NCBI GenBank assembly: GCA_951406725.2 | Contig: OX597827.1 | Span: forward strand, 72,602,001-72,666,000 | DNA: 64,000 nucleotides | Origin: Octopus vulgaris | Lineage: Eukaryota | Direction: 5' to 3' | Shown here: in pieces, positions 41,901 through 54,600 of the stretch | How the letters are laid out: each line of letters opens with the position of its first letter | Numbering within the stretch: the first letter of the stretch is position 1 | Made by a program: the position numbers and the translations under genes | The notes under the pieces: model-generated | Database searches by the model: none | Told to the model about the DNA's origin: nothing | What the model saw: the letters and a program-made list of their open reading frames with translations, nothing else

Positions 41901-44900
41901 AAAGCCTAGCCAGGCTCATGGGCCCGGTTTCCCGGTTTCTGTGACGTATGTGTTCCCCAGCTAGACAGGATGCCAGTCCATAGCAGCGTTAATCATTTTT
42001 GCCAGCTGAGTGGACTGGAGCAACGTGAAATGAAGTGCTTTGCTGAAGAACACAATGTGTCAACCGGTCCAGGAATCGAAACCACAATCTTACGATCATG
42101 ATGCTGACACCCTAACCACTAAGCCACATGCCTCCACTAATATAATAGTGGTAATAAAAATTATTATTTCTAATTCAGGCACAAACCCAGCGTTTTTGAG
42201 GTGGGAGGTGGGATTAGTAGACCCCTCTGACTCCAGGATTTGATTGAAAGAACAAACGGCAAAGTTGAGCATACTGCAAGGCATTTTGTAACATCATCAT
42301 CATCATTGTTTAACGTCCGCTTTCCATGCTAGCATGGGTTGGATGGTTCAACTGGGGTCTGGGAAGCCCGAAGGCTGCACCAGGCCAGTCAGATCTGACA
42401 GTGTTTCTACAGCTGGATGCCCTTCCTAACGCCAACCACTCCGTGAGTGTAGTGGGTGCTTTATATGTGCCACCGACACAGGTGCCAGACGAGGCTGGCG
42501 AACAGCCATGCTCGGATGGTGTTTTTTATGTGCCACCGACAAAGGTGCCAGACGAGGCTGGAGGACAGCCATGCTCGGATGGTGTTTTTTTTTTTGTATG
42601 ATTCCCCAAATCCAATTCCCAAAAACTACTACTACTACTACTACTTCTACTACTACTACTACTACTACTACTTCAACTACTACAGATAGCTGCTGTTGTG
42701 AATAATAATCCTTTCTATTATAGGTACAAGGCCTGAAATTTGGGGGAGGGGGATAGTTGATTACATCGACCCCCGTACTCAACTGGTACTAATGGAGTGC
42801 TTTCAATAGTTCCCAAACACAAACACTGAATACATCACCAAGTACCTACCATATCCACTTCTATTACCATTTCCAGCAGCAAAGGAGTATAAGAAATAAT
42901 TAGGTACCTGTATTTGTGTAATCAGAGCCTATGCTTTTCTTTCGATTCATTGAGGAAGGCTCCTTTCCCGGTAAGGTGAAGTTTTTCATTTTGTTATTTA
43001 TTTCAGACATAAACGAAGGTTTTGATGCTGGTTGAGGCTTCTCTTTGCTTTTTGTTAAATCAGGACGTTTGACTGGAGAACAACAGCATCAACAAAAAAT
43101 TAGAAAGAGAAAATTTTCTTAATTAATCACATGTAAACAGCAAAGTATGAAAACATCTGATTAAGGACTGAACTACATTGTGAACAAGCAGTGATAGCTG
43201 GATTTGAGTTCAACCCATGGCTGGATTTGAGTTCAACCCAAATGACTCTTGAGGTCCCTATAAGATTGTTAAACCTTATGAGCAATAAATTGGTTATACT
43301 TTTACAATACACAAAACATTTTAACAAATTTTTTTTATACAATTCCTAATAATATTGAATTATAAAAATATAATAGAATTTTTTTTTAACATAGGAAAGA
43401 GGTAGTGGAGTAAGACAGAGATTAAAAGGATCCATCGGTAAAATGCAGTCAAGAACCAATGAGTTAAACTCTTTGATGCTAACCAACAGAAGATCATCAC
43501 TAGTTTTGTCATACAGAAACACCTCTTTTAAAACATGCATATTTAAATTAAAATCTTCCATTATAAGTTTATTGTAAAGATTTTTCATTAAGTCATGCTA
43601 AAAAAGAAGTGTGGAAAAGTCAGTTATTTTACAAATCTCTCCAGAATTCTTGATTATTCTTTAACCCTTTAGTGTTCAGATTATTCTATCAAACATAATA
43701 CTTATTGATTCACATTGATTTGAATTAATCATGCATTATCTCATATCTTCAAGATGTTGATGGTGTAATTACTTAATGTAGAATAACATTGTAGGGTAGG
43801 TGTGAGAGCCTGGATCTGGTCAGTTTGAACATAAAACAGATTAACTATTTTGGCCAGATATGGCCGGTTTAAATACCAAAGGGTTAAACTAATTCAGATT
43901 ACATATAAACAGTCTTTCATTTTGAAATATGGTTATGAAAGAATTAAGCAGAAATTTTAAGGATTGAGAAATAATCAAGAAACTTCAGTATTTATAGGAG
44001 GAAAGAAACAGGAGCATAAGCTGAGGTGCTATTATACTTTGCAAGCTCTTATCAATTCCAATAAAAAAAACGTTTTAGTTTCCCACAAAAAAAAAGAAGC
44101 AATCAAATCTGAGGTTAAAAAACAAAAAAAATTATAACATCACAATTTTCCTTCTTTCAAAGAATACAAAAAAAAAACAAAAAAACTAATTCATTGGTTT
44201 TCATTGAAAAGTAAAAATGTTATTTTTTTCTGGTCCCTATCCTCATTACATATTTATTTTTTACATTTTGATTTTTTTTCTTAAGTATTAAGACCCCTTC
44301 GTCGAAGGGGTTTTCCAGTGATGGTACCCTGAAAAAAAAAAGATGATGAAAACCTACCCACCAGTACCCCCAGTAATGTGGATGGGATTAGGAAGGGCAT
44401 CTAACTAGAGAAACTATGCCAAAGCTGACAATGAAGCCTGATGCAGTTCTCTGGCTTCACTCCTCCTCTCAAACCATTCCCAATGCCAATATGGAAGATG
44501 ATAATGATATATACATGTGTATGTATGTGTGTAGGCATATATATGTTAGCGTTTTATATATATATATATATATATATATAATAAATAAATGAAAGAATGG
44601 AGTCGAACGACGATTTAACAAAATTCGAAACAGTCTTCGAAACATATGTCGAGAATAAAGGAATTTTGTTAAATCGTCGTTCGACTCCATTCTTTCATTT
44701 ATTTATAGTAAAAAAAACACACAAATTTCCACACGAAAGCACGTGATCTCTGCCCTTGGCATGTAGCTTCAACCGTGTTTTCTGACGTGAATTTGGTACC
44801 CAGGTATCGGTTAACCGAATTATCCATACTAAGATAATTCATTCAACTGCTTTATATATATATATAGAGATATTACTCTATACGGTTTTCTCTCTTATCC

Positions 44901-45443
44901 TTTCTCTAATTCCTTTCACTGTTTTCTATCTGTTTCTCTCTCTTTCTCTCCCTCTTTCTCTGTTTCTCTCTCTCTCATTGCTCACATGTCACCATCGTCC
45001 ATCTTTCTCTTCCTCATGTGACCATGTTTCTTTTCTTTCAAGACTGTCTTAAGGACAGCATGTATCCTATCTCTTTCTTCTATCTTTTCTCTTGTCAAAG
45101 ATAATATTTCTCCAGCATTTGCTATTTTACTCCTGTTCTGGTCTAACAACCCTCCATGTTTGTTTTCATTTGGTTTCCTTGTATGTCTCTACTGTCCCTG
45201 TTTTTGTTGCCAACTTTGACCCAAAATCCAAAATTGTATTTTGGTACTTATGGGAGCAACTGTCTTTGAAGACTCATGTCATTCAAAATGAGGAGAGATA
45301 GACATCCGACAACTGATGAAGGGTCATTCTTTATGTTACTTGTCCTGTTTGCCATTTGTTTCTCTCGTTGTTTGCGTATTGAACTCATTTGCTCTCGTAT
45401 TTCATGTTGTTTACTGTTGGTGACGTCCTGTACCCATATATGC

Positions 45444-45484
<41 letters not shown>

Positions 45485-45689
45485 ATTATGAGTTAAAAGT
45501 AGCTGGAGGAATATAAACAGTATTGAACACGCATACACAAGATTTATGTTTTGCTAGTTCATGGCTAGGCTGCGCTTACAGGCGTAAGAGAATATATTCT
45601 CTCATGCCTATAAGTGCAGCCCACTCACAAACTAGCAAAACACATACTTGTGTGTGTGTTCATTATATATATATATGTGTGTGTGTGTA

Positions 45690-45721
<32 letters not shown>

Positions 45722-46688
45722 TGTGTATGTGTGTGTGTGTGTGTGTATGTGTGTGTGTGTAAATATGCATGCATGTATGTGTGTCTTTGTGACTGTGTTT
45801 GGCCCCCACCACTGCTTGGCAATGAATGCTGATGCATTTATGCCCCTATAACTTAGCAGTCTGGTAAATGGGACTAATAGAATAAGTTCCAAGCTTTAAC
45901 AAAATCATGTACCGGGGTTAATTCCTTTGACTAAGAATTCTTCAAGATGGTGCCCCAGCATGGCCGCAGTCTTATGACTGAAACAAGTAAAAGATATCAG
46001 ATAAAAGATCATACTTTGGTCTCTCGTTAATATTTCTAATACCAGCGACTGGGTTCTCAGTAGGTTGTTGACAGATGTCAGCAATCTGTGAATATTTTAA
46101 GAGAAACAGGCATATCATAATAATGTCAAAAATATACTCAAAGCTTTCAAGAGTTTCCATGGAGCTCCTTTCTGTAACAGAGAGCATGGCATTTAATAAC
46201 AATAGACTAGTGAAGAAAAGTGACTGAAATGGGTTTTTCTGGAGGGACACTGAAATAATATTACTTGAAATAGTGTTTAGCTTGGAGTTTAGGGAGTCAC
46301 TCCAGAGTGAATCATTACTTTCCAGCAACAACAAGTCACAGCTCCGTTTGTACGGGTGTGTGATCGGAATATCTGAGGGAAGAATCACAAGAAAATATTT
46401 TATGGGAAACAACAACTGTCAGAAGACTGACAGGTAGATCAATGAGCAAGATAGCAGGGTAATAGCAATGGCCATGGTTGGAGTTGCTTGGGAGGTCAAG
46501 CCAAAACATCTGCTCATGGTCGCTTTTGACAGGAAGTTTTGGTTGGTGTGTGTGAGGGTTTTGCTCCCAGGATGCTTGCATAAATAATGGTCCCTGAAGA
46601 TGAAGAAATATGGATGGATGAACGTGAGGCTGGTATGTTGGAAAGCTGTAATCAATGATGCATTTATTCACAAACATGCATTATAAAA

Positions 46689-46727
<39 letters not shown>

Positions 46728-47946
46728 AATTAATTAATTGATATGACAGAAGAATCAAGAGATGGAAGAGAATAAGGAGTAGGAGGAGAAATCTTTTCCC
46801 TAGAGTCTCTTCATCATGATCCAGTCATTAATAACTTAAGCTATTCAATCATAGCATGATCAACATTTGTCGAACCTGAAACAAAATGACATACACTTAC
46901 AGGTGGGTTCAGACTCTGTATGAATAGAAACCCTATCCTCGTTGCCTGTAGTTCTTAGATTATTGCGTGCATGAAGTAATTCACCCAGGGAAGGAGTGCA
47001 TGCAGTCTCACCTTGTGCAACTGGAAAATAGAAACTAAATGATATTAGAAAAAAATTAAAATGAGTTGAGTTGTAATTAATCATTTAATGAAGTTAGTGA
47101 TTGCATAAGTTAGATAATTAAATTGAAACTTGTGTAACCAGTGAAATGGAAACAAAATGTTTTGCATTTGTAAATAGTGTTAAATGTTTATATGGCAGAG
47201 TAAGTTATTTTGTGATGAAGAAGAAGTTAAACTGACCCCAGTGTGTGACTGGTACCATGGAGTTATCTGCCACCGTTGTCCCAGAAGAGTAACTGGCAAA
47301 GTTTACCTTGGTGAAGTTTGACTAATGTTATTTTAGCTAATGTTGTTTTTCCTCATTGCATAAATATTTTTGAAATATTTCTCATTAGATATTTAATACT
47401 ACATTAAATGTATCAGCACCAACTTAACTGCTGTTTTCAAGCAGATGCTGTCCCTGAGTATTTAACCTCAGTGATTGATTTATTAAATACAGATTTGTAA
47501 GTGTTAGATGCAATAAAAGGGCAGGCGTGGCTGTGTGGTAAAAAGTTTTCTTCCCAGTCACATGGTCCTGGGTTCAGTCCCACTGGATGTCACCTTGGGC
47601 AAGTGTATTCCACTATAATACCAAGCAAACCAAAATCTTGTAAGTGGATTTGTTTGAATGAATTTGAAAGAAACCAGTCATTCATATCATAATTTAATGT
47701 CTGTTTTCCATGCTGACATAGTTGGATGGTTTGGAAAGAGTTGACCTGCTGGAGTGCTGCATCAGGCTTTAATTGTCTGTTCTGACATGATCTCTATGGT
47801 TGGATGCCCTTCCTAACATCAACCATGTAACAGAGTGTATCAGGTGCTTTTTATGTGGCACCAACATAGGAGATTTTTATGTGGTGCACCTTTGGAGTTG
47901 CCAACTAGCTTGCAAGACAAAGACCTCTCAGCTGAGAGAGGGAGTG

Positions 47947-47994
<48 letters not shown>

Positions 47995-50900
47995 GTAGAT
48001 AGATAAATAGAAAGATAGCTAAATGTATATATGTGTCTGTGTGTGTTTACCTATGTGTACATGTATGTGTGTGCATGCATGTGTGTGTGCATTTTTGTCC
48101 CACACCAATGCTTGTCAACAAAAGTAACTTAGCAGTTCAGCAAAAGAGACCAATAGATTAAGTACCAGGTTTAAAAGAAAAAAAAAGCACTGTGGTTGAT
48201 TAGCTAGACAAAAACCCTTCCAAGCAGAGCCCCAGCATGGCTGCAGTCCAATGAAAGAAATGAAACAAGTAAAAGCTAAATGTTACACAAACATACTCAC
48301 ACAACCAAGCAGATATATGAAATTAAAGGAAGGATGAGGAGACAGGAAATATGCAGTTTCCTCCAAGGAAACCATAACATAAAGCACAAGCACTCAACTC
48401 TGAATGCACTGCACCTGATAGCAGAAACATCTGTAAGCCAATGCAGTTGATTACATAATTCCTATTCACTTGTCATTCATTTAACTTCATATTATGCTCT
48501 GTACTCACCCAAATTTTCATTCTTGAAGTGCATTTATATTGAATTCAAACATCAAGTTAGTAGTGCAATACCAAAGCAAATTCTTAATATATATATTCAT
48601 ATATATGTATATATATACACACACACACACATATATATGCACACACACACACACACACATATATATGTATGTATATATATATGTATATATATATATTGAT
48701 GAAAACAGTTTGAATCAAATTCGTTGGTACTCTTGAGTTTCAAGCGTAATGCTAGTTGTCAGCCATTTTGAATTTGAATCAGACTGTTTTGGTCCATACG
48801 TGTAACTCCCATTAAATTGGTTGAGCGCCCTTCTTTTATTTGTCCACTCACTCACTCATGTATGTATGTATGTATGTATGTATGTATGTATGTATGTATG
48901 TATGTATGTATGTATGTATGTATGTATGTATGTATAAATGTATGTATGTATGTATGTATGTATGTGTTTGTAGATATGAACCCAAAATTGATTGAACCCA
49001 AAACCATGTGATTGGGAAGTAAGTTTCTTACCCACACAGTGTGGGTAAGAAACTTGCTTCCCAACCACATGGTTTTGGGTTCAATTCTACAACGTGGCAC
49101 CTTGGTCACGTGTCCCTTACTATAGCCCCAGGCCTATAAAAGTCTCATGAATTGATTTGATGTGTGTGTGTTTATGTGTGTGTTTGTGTGTATCATCATC
49201 CTTTAATGTCAGTTTTCCATGCTGGCATGGGTTGGTATGTATGCATGTATGTATAGCGACTGCCCTTGGCTGTTCAAGTGCGTGTTATTAAATGGAAAAA
49301 CACTTCGTATGAATCACCATAAAACATTTTTGTGTATAAATATATTGTTTATTCTGTATTCACCTTTTGTGGTGGAAGCATGTGGTATGATACAAAAACG
49401 TGTGGTGTTTACATACAAAGAAAGTTTTGATTTTTGCTTTTACACTGAAAGAAGTAACATGTAATATTCGTACTACAGTATGTATGCATGTGTGTGATAA
49501 GAACAGTCATTTTGAGAATGTGTGAGTGTGATAACAAATTATTTTCGTTTACAAACCATATATCTTGTGTTGAGGTGAATAGACGTGTGAGTAACACACG
49601 TGGAAGATTGCACGTGGAGCTACAGTGAAGACATGTATCTTTGACCATGGCCTAGCAGGAACTGAGATTGCTTCTACTGTGTAACTCAGAGTGAGGCTAG
49701 TGTATCAGAATGAGGCTACTGTATCAAAGCAAAGCTAGTGCATCAAAGCGAGGCTAGTGTATCAAAGCAAGGTTAGCTACGTGGTCGATATATTTGTCTG
49801 CTGTGTGGGTTGACCATAGTGCCTCTGGTCACATATCACTATGCCTAAGTTATGTAGCTCTATCACATTTGTATGTATGTATGTATGTATATGTATGTAT
49901 AAAACGAGACAAATGAGTGACAACCTGGCCACTGGTGGTGGTGTAACACACCATACTAATCATATCTGTCGGGCATGTGGAAGAGAGTGTAATTCGGAAG
50001 GAGGACTTAACCCTTTAGTGTTTAAACCGGCCATATCAGGTCAAAATTGTCTTCCTGTTATATGCTCAAACCAGCCAGCTCTGACCTCTCACACCTACCC
50101 TACAAAGTCATTCTAAAAATAAGCAGGGACATCATCAAAATCTCAGAGTTACAAGATGCTGAACAATTAATTTAAAACAATGTGATTAAACAGGTTTTAC
50201 ATTTGACAGAGTAATCTGAATGCTAAAGAGTTAAACGACATGCAAAGGTACATGAAGCCCAGTTACAACTACAGCTGGCTATTACCAGTAAAGGTTTAAG
50301 TTGCCAATTTTGTACAAGACATTGTAGATCTTTAGATGGGCTAAAAAGTCACATTCGATCACCGCACCAGTAACAGTTAAGCTTCGTGCAATGGCCATAC
50401 TCGATAACGAGGGGGCAGCCATAATGTATATGTATGTGTGAGTGTCTGTGTGTTAGTGTCTTCTTGGCTTGAGATAGTGCAATAGTTGTAAACAAGTGGC
50501 ACTATCATACAACCAGTATCCTTCATTTCCAATCTTCCATGAAAATATGTTTGGTCATGAGGAAATATTAACTGACTGCAAAACAGGTGAGGGTTGATGA
50601 CAGGAAGAGCATCTGGCTGTAGAATATCTGCTTCAACAAATTTCATCCAACCATGGTGAAACGAGTGTTAAATTAGGAAAATGGTTCTTGGAAAAGTGGT
50701 TGTTGAAATGATGTTCTTTATATAAATATGTGTGGTATGACTGTCTGGTAAGAAGTTTGTTTCTCAACTACATGGTTCCAAGTTCAGTCCCACTTCATGG
50801 CACCTTGAGCAAGTGTTGTTGATCATATTTATAGCCTTGGACGAACAGAAACTTCGTTGAGTGGATTTGGCAGAAGAAAACTGAAGAAGCCTCTTGTATG

Positions 50901-51011
50901 TGTGCGTGTGCATTTGTGTGTGTGTGTGTGTGTGCATTTGTGTGCATGTGCGTGCATGCATACATGTATGTCTTTGTATCTGTGTTTGTCCCCTACTGCC
51001 ACTGGGCATCT

Positions 51012-51052
<41 letters not shown>

Positions 51053-51625
51053 TAAACAAATTATCTCCGTTTACAAACCATGTAACTTAGTGATTTAGGA
51101 ATGTAACATCCCTAAAGCTTACTTGGTAAAAGAAACACCCATGGAGCAAGTAGAAAGCTTAAAAATATAAATCCTGAGGTTGATTTATTTGGCTAAAATT
51201 CTTGCAGCATTGATATCTTTTCCTGTAGCCCAGCAGTTTAGCAAAAAGAAACCAACAGAACGAAAGACAGACTTAAGAAAATTTTTAAATATATACTTGT
51301 GTTAAAATGATGAACTAATCCCTTAAAATCTGTGCCCTGGCTTGGACTTTCTCCACTGGCTGAAACCAATAAAAGAATATGTATATATATATATATGCTT
51401 TATATAAAAGCAGCAGAAATATAACAAAAGCTGTTACTCAGAGTTTCACGTTCCCGTTCGTCGGAGAGTTTTTTTTTAACAAAACTGTCCGATGAATGGG
51501 AACATGAAACTCCGAGTAACAGCTTTTGTTATATTTCTGCTGCTTTTAAATAAAGCATATTACTCTACCTTTGGTATTTGAGTACTCTTTTTTTCCACCT
51601 TGTTTCACATTTATGTGCTTACTCC

Positions 51626-51676
<51 letters not shown>

Positions 51677-54600
51677 GCATGCATACACACATGCACATAC
51701 GCACACACACATACACACACGTATATCAGGTTGAGTAAAAAGCAAGCAACATTTTGAAACATGAAATTCATCACTATATATTTCAACAATACGGAAATTT
51801 TATTCATCTAAGTATCATTACAAGCGACACATTTTTGCCAACAAATCACATGTTTGTTTATTCTGGTAACTTGAAAATCTGGAGTCCTGGAGCTGATGAA
51901 CTCTTTGAACACACTTTCAGCATCAGTTTGATTTTTGAACTTCTTCTCTCAGAGGAAACCATCAAAGTGCTTGAAAATGTGATAGTTGGTAGGAGAAAGG
52001 TCTGTGGAATAAGCTGGTGGGGAAGAACTTCGTAGCCAATTTCCCTCAACTTCTTGAGCGTCATTAGTGAATTTAGAAGAATTTAAAGTTACAGCATCAA
52101 TTTTAACGATTCTAATGATTCTCTGCTGCTTGATTATAAACTAGCATTGTTAATTTGGATCTAACTTGGGACAATGCATGTATTCGGTTACCTAGGTCGT
52201 CAGATAAATTTGCTCATTTCTTTAATCTTTTATCTTTTGCTTGTTTCAGTCATCTGACTGTGGATATTCTAGGGCACTGCCCTGAAAAATCTTTAGTCAA
52301 TTGAATAGATCCCAGTACTTCTTTAATCACACTCTTTTGCCGAATTGTTAAGTCACAAGGTTGTACACACATTAACACTAGTTGCCAAATGGTATTGGCA
52401 GAAAAAAAAAACAGACACACAAACACAGACACATTATATATGTATCTATATATATATATGATAGGCTTCTTTCAGTTTCCGCCTGCAAAATTCACTGACA
52501 AGGTTCTGGCTAGCCCAAGGCTATCATAGAAGACACTTGCTCAAGGTGCCATGCAGTGGGATGAAACCCAGGGTTATGTGGTTGAGAGACAAGTTTCTTA
52601 CCATACAGCCACATCTGCATGTTATTAATTAGCATGAAAAAATAATTAAATTGTAGTGTTTCGTGTTTCTTTTTGTTTTTGTGGTTCTATTCTTCCTCTA
52701 CAATTTTTTTGAATTTTGTATAATTTCAATAAGTTTTACATAATCCACATAGACATGGTTGTGTGGTAAGAAGTTTGTTTGCCAACCACTTGGATCTAGG
52801 TTCAGTCCTACAGCATGGTACCTTGGGCAAGTGTATTCTACTATAGTTTTGGGCTATAGTTTGTCTTGGTGGACAGAAACTGAAAGAAGCCAGTTGAATG
52901 AATGTATGAATGCATACGTACGTACGTACGTACATACATACATACATACATACATACATACATACATACATACATACATACATACATACATGTGTGTGTG
53001 TGTGTGTGTGTTTTCTGGTCTTGATATCACATGATACTTGTTAAAATGGTTGTCCCTGTCACACAAAGAGTGTCAATCATTTCCTACATTTTGCGAGAAC
53101 ATTTACGACCATGGAGAAACATTACCTTGCTTGAAAACGCTTGAGGGTTGGTGGCAGGAAGGGCATCAGGCCATAGAAAAATCTGCTTCAATAAACTCTG
53201 TCAAACTCATGCATGACAATGAAGGATCAAAATAAATGGAGATAAAAAAAACATAAAAGAGATAACAAATGTATCTGACAACTGAATATTTTCTAAAGTG
53301 AAACTCCTGATGATGACTAGAAATGCTGAAAGGCAAACATTGTAGAATTGGACTTTTAAAAGGAGACACCAACATTGTGTAAGTTGAGGATTCAAATAAG
53401 GAATTTAAGGGACCAATATTTAATTTTGACTGCAGCACTAAACTTCCATGACTATGGCTACCTGTGAAGCACATGTGATACTGATGCTGTCGTTGTCTGG
53501 TTTTAATTTAGTAGAACTATAATCAAAGGCATTCCATCTGTGACCATTACGTCTCATTTTTGTTCAATTATTTTATGTCACTTCATCTAAACTTCCCAGT
53601 GTGTGAGCATTCATTTTCTAAGCTAGTAGAGTATGGTTTGAGAGTGATTTGACTGCTATTTTTACCAGGTTGGCTGACCATGTACAAGCTCCCACATTGG
53701 CTCTTCTGAACACTGTTGGGGACAGACAGGTGGACTGAGGCACAAACAGTTAAGTGCACAGCCCAGGAAGACAAAAAGCTTTGTCACCCATTAGTCCAGT
53801 GTTTGTTGCATTTAACAGTAGACACAGCATCATGTATTGAGGCAGATCTTCTCCTCTGGCTTTGTGGCTTACACAGAAAAGGGATTCATTCGTTTTTTTC
53901 ACTACAATAAACAATACAAACATCATGCCGCTATACAACACATTACATCACAATGCACTACACTACACTACACTACAATAAACCATACTATAGTACATCT
54001 TACTATACTACAGCACACTATATTGTGATATGCAACAATACACTACAATACTCTATACTACGATAACCAATGATACACTACAAAACACTGCACTATACTA
54101 CAATATGCCGCTTTACATGACATTACAACACTCTACATCAGGCTATACTATACCATGTTACAATACAATACACAATATTATAGTATTGTGTTGAGTCAAA
54201 AGTTTTGCAATATTTTGGTAACTTATTTGCCTTTTTTTTGGTCAAATTACAACAAAAGCAGCTGAGCATTTGAAGTTGAACTGTGTGAAGCCACTTTTCT
54301 GCCAGTTCTTTCATTCCATGCTGATACCAGCTCTTGTCCTTTGAGGGGAAGAACTCTTTCACAAAAATACTTCTATCTTCTCTAAGTTGATGAAGCATTT
54401 TGAATGCAGGAAGTGAACCATGGACTACATGATTCATGGATCAGAATGAGGGAACTAGGTCCAGACTATATGAGCCATAAATCAGAACAAGGGAGCTAGG
54501 TCCAGACGATATGATCCATGATCAGAATGAAGGTGCTAGGTTCAGACTAAATGAGCCATGGATCAGAATGAGGGAACTAGGTTGAGACTATATGAGCCAT

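Noticed and set aside
45972-46677. Two overlapping minus-strand ORFs (147 and 113 aa) in an intron
   Set aside because: No recognisable motifs or consistent splice sites; the longer one ends in a SINE tail; probably an old LINE remnant or chance.
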